64,000 nucleotides of DNA from a virus. Its lineage: Duplodnaviria > Caudoviricetes. Below the pieces are notes generated by a model, which made no database searches, had not been told where the DNA came from, and worked only from the letters and a program-made list of their open reading frames with translations. A program made the position numbers and the translations under genes. Each line of letters begins with the position of its first letter. The first letter of the stretch is position 1. Location: IMG/VR virus record IMGVR_UViG_3300020316_000005, positions 45,883 through 109,882 of that record; one strand, written 5' to 3'. Below, piece by piece: positions 57,262 through 64,000 of this stretch.

Positions 57262-60200
57262 TAGGTCAAATCACACTCATCAAAGTATGGATTTCCATAA
57301 TTGTCCAATGTCGTTGACAAAAGTCGCGTAGAACCAGTTGCCCAGTTCTTCCAATGCATTGTTCCATTTACGGGTCCTAGTTCTATATAGGGACCATCCT
57401 CTGACAATTTGCCTGAGTCAAACGCGATTGTTGAGTGAATAACGTTTCTCAGTGCCCAGTTTCCGAATCCACAACTTCCAAAAAAGTCATTATTGTTACA
57501 AGGATCGGATGCGCTGATGCCATTTCCATTAGAATCGTATCCTCCATAAACATTCAGCACACCATCTGCAACAAAGTTGTGCCAGTTGTCATTAGGAAAC
57601 TTACCACCACTGCAATTAGCGAGTGTTAGTTGAGTATATGGGACATTATTTTGACCAATTTCTACATCATTTGCATCAACGAGGATTTGGTTGAAGAATA
57701 AACCTGTGTAAACGTTAATATTATCTCCAATCCAAGTGCTAAGTTGTCCCAACTCCACGTTTGATGTTGATAGAGTAGCACCAGGACCATTAAAGTCGAA
57801 GGTATTCTCATCACCAGAGGTCGGTACGAACTCATACTGCCCGTTTCCTGTGCTGTAGCAGCGTCCTTTTACGTTTGACCCTCTAGTACAGGCGTGTGTC
57901 TTGTAACCGCCCGTCACGGGGCGTCCAGCGGTCAATGTGGGTTTAGGCAGCCACTTCAACCAAGCCAAGAATCTCTGGTTTACTGCTTCACTAACACCAG
58001 TGACATCACCTTCAATGGTCATTGTCACACGAATAGTTGCCTCTTCTTTCTTACTACCGCAATACTTGAATGGCATCCATCCATAAGTTCTCTCTTTTCC
58101 GTCAGTATCGAACGCTGTATATGGACAAGGAACATCAAAAAAGCGTTTTACCATATAAAGATTCGCTTGATCCATCTCAATACAGTCTCCTCCGAAGATT
58201 CCACGGAGACCTTGAGTCATTTTAGCGTTGATTTGACCCGTATTCTTCGTAGAATTCTGCTTTGCACTAGCAAGAAACGCATTATTTTGGTTCCAATTTG
58301 GGTCTTGCTGTGAGACATTACCCCAAAGTGACTCCAAATCGGTAAAAGTGTTGATGTCGTGCCAGTTTTCACCGATATTTGGGTTAATACAGATCTTAGG
58401 AATGACATTTTCGCAGAATTTTGTCTTCTCTTTGATGTCAATATCCGTGCTTTTGATGTATCCAGTCACATAAGATGTCTGAATTGGGTTTTTTAGTGTG
58501 CCAAGTGCTTGTCCAGCACTCTTATACATCTCATCAAAACCAGCTCTTACATCTGGATCAGGAATTCCACCCGATTTAATGGATCTTTGAACCTCATCAT
58601 CAGTAATATTTGCGCTCTCACCAACAACAATGTCCTCTCTAGTCTCGGTTTCACGCTCAACAACCTGCACATACACCTCTTCACCAGGTTGATACCCCGC
58701 GCCTTTGTCGGTAATTGTGACAGATTTGACGCAACCCTCTTCATTTACAGTAACTGTACCCTTCGCTTGGCGGAAGTTACCCGTAAAATTGTCTTCAGTA
58801 ATGTATTGTTGTGTCTGAATGTTGCGTGCAACCTCTTGTGCTGCACGCTCTGTGGAGTCAAATTCGTCTGATGACTCAAGATTGATCGCATAATCAACCT
58901 CAAAGTCGTCTTCAAACGCTTCTGGAACGTTTTTTGCCGTATCTGAGAACCCTTCTTCGCGCACAATATCGGGAATACCAATAATCAGTGACGGATTTAC
59001 ATAATCTTTGCCCGCATTTATGATTTCAATGCGCCCAATCTGTCCTTTGTTATTGATAATTGCCTTCAGAACTGCCACATCCAGCGTTCTTTTTGGAATC
59101 AGTGCCTTATTATCGATCTCTACACGGTAATATGACAGTTTTTTGGGAAATTCATACACACCAAAGAACGCAACCTTGTCTTTGATGCCATATCCTGCCA
59201 AAACAGAAGCAGTTGCACCATCATCTGATGTGATATTCTGCAGATAAGTGAATTCATTGCCCTTTGCTTTACCCTCTTTGAACAACTTCATATAACCACA
59301 CTTCAATTCATCACCGAAGTATCGTACTTTCATAATTGTCCAGTTGTTGAGAGACTCCCCAACACGGAAAGCACCAGTAGCAGACGTATAACGGAAGAAG
59401 ATCATCTCTTCATCTGTACCAACAGTCCAGAATGAGTCTCCTTGACTACCGTGTTCAGTGCTATCCACTGTCATTGAGGTTCTCTTGGTTACCCAAGCGT
59501 CTTGACGCATCTCATAGTACAAGGAGTGGTACCTAACATTAGGTACACACTCTGTTTGACTTCTTTGAGGGCAACACGGAGCATCTGTAGTAGTAAAGTT
59601 GATACCATAGATGGGTCCATTGAACGGAAATGACGTATCATACAGATAATAGACAAATTGACCCTCAAAACAGTCGTGAAAACCAAGAAATCTTGGCATT
59701 GCCGCTTTGACAGCACCATTTTTGCCGTAAAACCACTCAAAGTTGGCATTTGTACTGATTAGTTCCGCATTATTTGGATCACCCCACCCTTCTTGAGCAG
59801 GAGTTGCCTCTGGTTCGTCGTGATAACGTGCTTTTGACCAAGTTTGGTTGTATTGATACCACCCATTGCGGTCAACTTCGCCAGTATTGTACGCTTTACC
59901 CGATGTTTCGACTCTTTTACGGTTTCTAGGCGCTCCACCAGTCCAAACATAGCAGAAAATGCCTTGATAGACGTACTCACCCTGCCTTACCTCCCTTGGA
60001 GGGATAGGTCCACCAGATAAATTGACTTCAACAGCAGGATTGATGGTGTAAAAGTCATCAACATCACCATCTGCATTCTTTCTATAGTGATAGAGTGCCG
60101 TTGGCATCTCATTTACGAAACTTACTCCCGCACTGGTCGCTGCAGCAACACTTGGGAACCCGTATCCAAGCAACTTCTGTCCACCAGAAGTAGAGAGATA

Positions 60201-60626
60201 ACTATTTTTGTCGCCACCATTCCAAGCAACATACACAGGAATAGAACCAGATACGTTGCTCTTGTTGAGTTGAAAATAGTCTTGTCCACTACGAGGTTCA
60301 ATATTATATCTCTTTCTTTCTTGAGGAATGTCTTTAGGAATCTTTTCCTTATGATAATAAAAATGATCCTCCCAACGACCACTGTAGAAACGATAGACCG
60401 CTCTACGGTCTGCATCGCAAAACTCTACACAAGTCTCGGTAGGATCACCAATATAGAAGACTTCATCCCTGCCAAATGCATATGAACCTGGTCCAGAGCC
60501 CTCAATCTCAATCTGATAACCACTTCCAAAGGAGGGGTGTTCATCAGATGTATAGGTTCTATCATAGTCTTCAGAATCTACAGGATTCGGATAACTACGA
60601 CCAGTTTCAATAATGTAGGCTGGCAT
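57261..60626 (-). CDS. Large virion structural protein (1121 aa)
   Basis: Coupled to the PAAR-like gene; VYRFY...DHFY and LYHY...DDFYT repeats (DUF5648-like); GxGY spacer motifs. Confidence 0.75.
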   Translation of the reverse strand: MPAYIIETGRSYPNPVDSEDYDRTYTSDEHPSFGSGYQIEIEGSGPGSYAFGRDEVFYIGDPTETCVEFCDADRRAVYRFYSGRWEDHFYYHKEKIPKDIPQERKRYNIEPRSGQDYFQLNKSNVSGSIPVYVAWNGGDKNSYLSTSGGQKLLGYGFPSVAAATSAGVSFVNEMPTALYHYRKNADGDVDDFYTINPAVEVNLSGGPIPPREVRQGEYVYQGIFCYVWTGGAPRNRKRVETSGKAYNTGEVDRNGWYQYNQTWSKARYHDEPEATPAQEGWGDPNNAELISTNANFEWFYGKNGAVKAAMPRFLGFHDCFEGQFVYYLYDTSFPFNGPIYGINFTTTDAPCCPQRSQTECVPNVRYHSLYYEMRQDAWVTKRTSMTVDSTEHGSQGDSFWTVGTDEEMIFFRYTSATGAFRVGESLNNWTIMKVRYFGDELKCGYMKLFKEGKAKGNEFTYLQNITSDDGATASVLAGYGIKDKVAFFGVYEFPKKLSYYRVEIDNKALIPKRTLDVAVLKAIINNKGQIGRIEIINAGKDYVNPSLIIGIPDIVREEGFSDTAKNVPEAFEDDFEVDYAINLESSDEFDSTERAAQEVARNIQTQQYITEDNFTGNFRQAKGTVTVNEEGCVKSVTITDKGAGYQPGEEVYVQVVERETETREDIVVGESANITDDEVQRSIKSGGIPDPDVRAGFDEMYKSAGQALGTLKNPIQTSYVTGYIKSTDIDIKEKTKFCENVIPKICINPNIGENWHDINTFTDLESLWGNVSQQDPNWNQNNAFLASAKQNSTKNTGQINAKMTQGLRGIFGGDCIEMDQANLYMVKRFFDVPCPYTAFDTDGKERTYGWMPFKYCGSKKEEATIRVTMTIEGDVTGVSEAVNQRFLAWLKWLPKPTLTAGRPVTGGYKTHACTRGSNVKGRCYSTGNGQYEFVPTSGDENTFDFNGPGATLSTSNVELGQLSTWIGDNINVYTGLFFNQILVDANDVEIGQNNVPYTQLTLANCSGGKFPNDNWHNFVADGVLNVYGGYDSNGNGISASDPCNNNDFFGSCGFGNWALRNVIHSTIAFDSGKLSEDGPYIELGPVNGTMHWKNWATGSTRLLSTTLDNYGNPYFDECDLT

Positions 60627-60880
60627 TAGTCACTGTTAAGTTTCTCTTCCAGTGTATTTATTCTGGAATAGAGATCGTCAAAGATCTGACGTAGGTTTGA
60701 ATACTCAGTGTGACCTGGGATCTTGTACTGAATCATATCAGCACCCCTCTGGAGGAACGCTTCTGTCGATTGACTACGTTCCGCGAGAGTCTTGATGCTC
60801 TCAGCGATCTTGCCAAATCTCCATTCAATCTCCTCCTCATAGGATTCAAACTCTGGAACAGCAGGTGGTGTTTGGGTCAT
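60626..60880 (-). CDS. Small coiled-coil hypothetical protein
   Basis: Coupled to both neighbours. Confidence 0.7.
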   Translation of the reverse strand: MTQTPPAVPEFESYEEEIEWRFGKIAESIKTLAERSQSTEAFLQRGADMIQYKIPGHTEYSNLRQIFDDLYSRINTLEEKLNSD

Positions 60881-61689
60881 TTTACAAAAAAGGTTTCGAG
60901 GGTTGGGGTTTCTTTGGGTTTTGAAGTCGTGACACGTGCCTGAATAGGATTACCGTGACTACCTCCACGTGCAATCAATGCCGCACGGTTGTTATCGCCC
61001 CCAGTAGTGCGACGAAGTTTGAATACTCTATTGTCAAGTGAGTTCTGTTCTTCACCACTATGATCGACTTCAAACATAGGGTTCATCCACAGTTTGCCTT
61101 CCTTAGGCATAGAGTGCCATCTCATTGCTTCTAGCATCTCTGCAGGAACATCAGGATCCACCTCATAGATGGGTGCCCAGGTGTCAATGACAAGTCTATG
61201 GATAGGTAGGTCCTTCTCTTGTCTTTCAGATGAAGGAGACTGTTTAGTCTTTGCCTCATCCAACCAGATTGGTTCCAGTAAACCCCAGTGCACTACCTTC
61301 AGGAAGAGTTTCCAGTGATAGTCTTCAACTGCTGCGTTCTTCCCTTTATTAGGTGAACCGAACTTCTTCATCTTACCGTTACAGACACGGTTCTCGTCAT
61401 AACCCCACCGATTACCCGAACGATACAATGGCGTACGGTTATGGCGGATATGACTAATCACACGCCCTAAGTTACTGACGTGATACCACGGTAGGATAAT
61501 CTCCTTACCGTATTCTACTACACGCGCTAGTTTCCACTTCTCCCCAGGTAGGGACGTAACTAGCTCTCCTGGTACTGTATATGCTATATCGAGTATATCT
61601 TTTAGTTCAGTGTTTTGTCTAGTGCCTTTTGGTTGTATGAAGTTTGGATTGTAATCGTAGTCTGGATCGAAGTTTGTGCCAAATGTCAT
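60877..61689 (-). CDS. NUMOD4/HNH-type homing endonuclease-like protein
   Basis: EKWK...YHVSNLGRV (NUMOD4-like); IHRLV...EVDH...DNRV..L...T..DN (HNH-like). Confidence 0.7.
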   Translation of the reverse strand: MTFGTNFDPDYDYNPNFIQPKGTRQNTELKDILDIAYTVPGELVTSLPGEKWKLARVVEYGKEIILPWYHVSNLGRVISHIRHNRTPLYRSGNRWGYDENRVCNGKMKKFGSPNKGKNAAVEDYHWKLFLKVVHWGLLEPIWLDEAKTKQSPSSERQEKDLPIHRLVIDTWAPIYEVDPDVPAEMLEAMRWHSMPKEGKLWMNPMFEVDHSGEEQNSLDNRVFKLRRTTGGDNNRAALIARGGSHGNPIQARVTTSKPKETPTLETFFVK

Positions 61690-61706
61690 AGTATGTTTAA
61701 TGTATT

Positions 61707-61759
61707 AGTATAGGGAAAACGCTCGCGGGGGGTGCCCCTAGAACCGTTTTACTTCCCCT
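61707..61759 (-). promoter_or_regulatory. -10 element TATACT with an upstream GC-rich stem, in front of the HNH gene
   Basis: TATACT at 61707-61712; AGGG..AAAACG / CGTTTT-CCCT arms enclose GGGG-CACC-CCCC. Confidence 0.5.
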
Positions 61760-61765
61760 TATATA

Positions 61766-62317
61766 TCAGAAATAATTCAAATTTAGGACAAAACGAAACT
61801 TCTGGTCAGTTGTAGATGTGCCAGCGTGTGGTGTATCAACAGGGAAACGAACAAGTCGGTTCTCTACCGAGTTCACCTTCGTACCGTCCTTGAAGAAGGT
61901 ATAACCATCGCAGGTATTCAGATAGAACACCGCAGTGGTTGCCCCCTCAAAGTCGTTCATACCATACTCTCCACAGTCTGTGTGATAGTCATACTCTATC
62001 ATACTATCTGTGTGATGGTTCAAATTTGCTTTGATCCGTATTAAGGCACGAGGTCGCAAGTAGTTAATGAGAGGTAAGATGTATTCCCACTCCTGGGATT
62101 GTGGTCTACCTAACTCATAGAACTTATGCACCATTTGCCAGTTGTATAATTCCTTCGCTTGTAGTTCTGGATCAAATGCACGAGCAACGTGCATCACCTT
62201 CGCGTGATTCAGATACCAAGGAAAACATTGATCTCCACAGATCTGTTCTTGCATCTTGTAGAACAAATCTTCAGGCAAGAAATTGTCAATTACCTCCAAC
62301 GAAGGGACTGTCATCAT
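61766..62317 (-). CDS. 2OG-Fe(II) oxygenase
   Basis: VIDNFL, HTD (HxD), FYLN, HAG and R.VLN motifs. Confidence 0.9.
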   Translation of the reverse strand: MMTVPSLEVIDNFLPEDLFYKMQEQICGDQCFPWYLNHAKVMHVARAFDPELQAKELYNWQMVHKFYELGRPQSQEWEYILPLINYLRPRALIRIKANLNHHTDSMIEYDYHTDCGEYGMNDFEGATTAVFYLNTCDGYTFFKDGTKVNSVENRLVRFPVDTPHAGTSTTDQKFRFVLNLNYF

Positions 62318-62492
62318 ACTCTCCTAGTTTTTCACGAATAGAACGCCATAATGCTTGTACTTTCTCTAACTCCTTGCCACCACAAACATCTGCCTTGTAG
62401 ATAAGAGCCCACTTACCTGAGTTACAAATAAGTTTACGCTCTTCATCAGTGAGAGAGATCTCCCACTTAGATGTCGCACTCGCCTTTTTCAT
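62286..62492 (-). CDS. Small hypothetical protein (likely start 62492)
   Basis: Trimmed ORF-track frame; AGGA RBS-like site upstream. Confidence 0.55.
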   Translation of the reverse strand: MKKASATSKWEISLTDEERKLICNSGKWALIYKADVCGGKELEKVQALWRSIREKLGEYDDSPFVGGN

Positions 62493-62637
62493 AAAAGTTC
62501 CTGGAGGATTCAAGTTGCTGTAGAATCTTGTCGCATTCATTATAGCGTCTTTCCTTAAAAGGTCCAATCGCATTCATCTGATAGTAACGAACAGCATCAA
62601 AGATCAGTTTCTTCTGGTCTAATGTCAGTTTATTCAT
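62467..62637 (-). CDS. 56-aa hypothetical protein (not in the ORF track)
   Basis: Manual translation MNKLTLDQKKLIFDAVRYYQMNAIGPFKERRYNECDKILQQLESSRNFYEKGECDI; overlaps the upstream stop. Confidence 0.65.
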   Translation of the reverse strand: MNKLTLDQKKLIFDAVRYYQMNAIGPFKERRYNECDKILQQLESSRNFYEKGECDI

Positions 62638-62791
62638 CCAGTTTAGTCACAACAAGGGTTTCATCATCGACTTGGTATTGTAGTGTATCCCCAATGAGCC
62701 ATCCAAGTTCTTCTGTTAACTCATCGGGTAGTGTGACAAAGAGATCGCCGTGGTCATCTTCGTCAATCGTAAGAATAAATCTACGAGACAT
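62630..62791 (-). CDS. AbrB/MazE/SpoVT-like small DNA-binding protein (53 aa; not in the ORF track)
   Basis: Manual translation MSRRFILTIDEDDHGDLFVTLPDELTEELGWLIGDTLQYQVDDETLVVTKLDE shows the LP....LGW..GD.L signature. Confidence 0.75.
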   Translation of the reverse strand: MSRRFILTIDEDDHGDLFVTLPDELTEELGWLIGDTLQYQVDDETLVVTKLDE

Positions 62792-63206
62792 CCCGTTTCC
62801 TAATAACATACATTGTTGAAGCTATGTATGTTTGAACTTTTTCCACGCGACTAATATCAAATGCTTTGTGATGTAAGATGTAACCATCTCCTAGGTACAG
62901 TGCCCCGTGATTCAACCGATTGCTGCCGAGGTTCATCAGCAACACATCATATTTTTTCAAATCTCCGAGGTCGAACTGCTCACCCATCTCTGATTCCCTG
63001 AACACCTCCCATCCTTCGTCCTCCCAGAGGTCCCTCAGGAACGCTCGGTGGTTGAATGAATAGTCTTCCTTACACTCGTGGATGCCCAGAGCGATTCCAA
63101 CGTCATACAGCAGGCGGAAACACCCACCTCCTCGTTGTCCTCCCCACTCCCTTCCGAGGAACTCAGAATACTCTTCCTCAAATGCTAGACGGACTCTTTT
63201 GGTCAT
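62781..63206 (-). CDS. NlpC/P60 (C40) peptidase-like protein
   Basis: W.G...GGCF (catalytic Cys), DVLLM and NHGALYLGDGYILHH (His) motifs. Confidence 0.8.
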   Translation of the reverse strand: MTKRVRLAFEEEYSEFLGREWGGQRGGGCFRLLYDVGIALGIHECKEDYSFNHRAFLRDLWEDEGWEVFRESEMGEQFDLGDLKKYDVLLMNLGSNRLNHGALYLGDGYILHHKAFDISRVEKVQTYIASTMYVIRKRDVS

Positions 63207-63324
63207 TTTTTACCAGAAAAAAATTTTGTATATGGGGGGACCCATAAATGCGTTTTCGATAATATATGCGACCCTATACTGTTGTAGGTTGCAGAGCGGG
63301 TCCCTTTTTAATATGCGAAAAATG

Positions 63325-63513
63325 TCAATAACCCTCGGAGGATTGCACGTGGTAGCACATACCCTCCGAGACGCAATAATTCAATAGTTTATGATACTTA
63401 GTGTACCACGGTTCGATTTCAGTGTCAAGCACAAATTGTGCCCATTCCACTAACTCCGAAGGAGGCAGAGATTGTGCCTCCATTAGTTCACATAAGAACT
63501 CAAATCGTTTCAT
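63325..63513 (-). CDS. Small hypothetical protein
   Basis: ATGA coupling with the upstream acidic ORF. Confidence 0.65.
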   Translation of the reverse strand: MKRFEFLCELMEAQSLPPSELVEWAQFVLDTEIEPWYTKYHKLLNYCVSEGMCYHVQSSEGY

Positions 63514-63656
63514 TCTTGTGTAGTGTAATCGATGTCAATATCTCCCCCTGATTGATCATCAAATTCGAGATCTTCAAAGACATCATCCGAATCATCTTCG
63601 AGGAATTCATCTATCCAATCGTTGTCTAGTTGTTGATACTCATTAGGGTCAACCAT
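63510..63656 (-). CDS. 48-aa very acidic protein (not in the ORF track)
   Basis: Manual translation MVDPNEYQQLDNDWIDEFLEDDSDDVFEDLEFDDQSGGDIDIDYTTQE; GGAG RBS upstream; ATGA coupling downstream. Confidence 0.7.
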   Translation of the reverse strand: MVDPNEYQQLDNDWIDEFLEDDSDDVFEDLEFDDQSGGDIDIDYTTQE

Positions 63657-63843
63657 TGAATACATCTCCGTCGAAATCATTGTTGTCTAGTTGTTGCTTA
63701 CTGTTTGTTCGATTGTGTTGTTCACCCTTGTATGTGTCATTGAATTGATCATACTTAGTGCGGGTTCTTGTTGATCGTTTTTCCCTCAAAGATTTCGGTC
63801 TATTTGACCTATACGTGTCGTTGCGTTTGTAAGTGCGACCCAT
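63649..63843 (-). CDS. Small protein with a basic N-terminus and acidic tail
   Basis: First ORF after a near-consensus sigma70 promoter. Confidence 0.7.
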   Translation of the reverse strand: MGRTYKRNDTYRSNRPKSLREKRSTRTRTKYDQFNDTYKGEQHNRTNSKQQLDNNDFDGDVFNG

Positions 63844-63884
63844 CAGATTGTCGGCAATAATGTGCAGAACTGGACTACTTAGGA

Positions 63885-63913
63885 ACTATAAGGAAAACCT
63901 CCGAAAATGTCAA
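63885..63913 (-). promoter_or_regulatory. Early sigma70-type promoter
   Basis: TTGACA-17 nt-TATAGT. Confidence 0.8.
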
Positions 63914-63947
63914 TAGTTTGTGTGAATTTCTCTTCGTCCTCTAAGTG

Positions 63948-63976
63948 TTGACAACTGTCTCGCGATAGAGTAGAGT
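63948..63976 (+). promoter_or_regulatory. Divergent sigma70-type promoter
   Basis: TTGACA-17 nt-TAGAGT. Confidence 0.55.
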
Positions 63977-64000
63977 CTAAGGTCACATCAGTTCCGTACA

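Noticed and set aside
63300-63328. Second TTGACA (63323-63328) as a promoter
   Set aside because: No -10-like hexamer at 16-18 nt spacing; kept only as part of the repeated motif.
1-64000. tRNA or rRNA genes
   Set aside because: Intergenic gaps are short, and I saw no cloverleaf with T-loop/D-loop consensus; tRNAscan was not run.

Overview
This is a 64 kb segment of a T4-like marine cyanomyovirus. A Synechococcus-type host is inferred from the petE/PTOX/gnd/zwf gene set. Essentially all real genes are on the minus strand, and the many long plus-strand ORFs are antisense shadows. Reading right to left: (1) a small-ORF region with sigma70-type promoters, containing an NlpC/P60-like gene, an AbrB-like gene, a 2OG-Fe(II) oxygenase and an HNH endonuclease; (2) the baseplate and tail module, with a 1121-aa structural protein, PAAR-like spike tip, gp25, gp6, a 6380-aa gp7-like giant, a YHYH protein, gp9-like, gp8, VrlC-like and a long fibre; (3) neck and packaging genes g13, g14, g15, g16; (4) an accessory island between g16 and g17; (5) g17 and the 5' part of g18. 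The top observation is that the 6380-aa virion protein carries 6-7 tandem helical repeats resembling phycobiliprotein subunits, including cysteines at positions like the Cys82/84 and beta-153/155 bilin attachment sites. Other strong observations: a T3-SAMase-like (SAM lyase) domain behind a T4 capsid-targeting-like peptide; an ndhP-like 43-aa ORF missing from the ORF track, inside the petE/PTOX/gnd/zwf island; intact type-1-copper-like sites in two baseplate-region proteins; and hairpins that hide an RBS or start codon and overlap late promoters. All homology calls are by eye against remembered family motifs; no searches were run.
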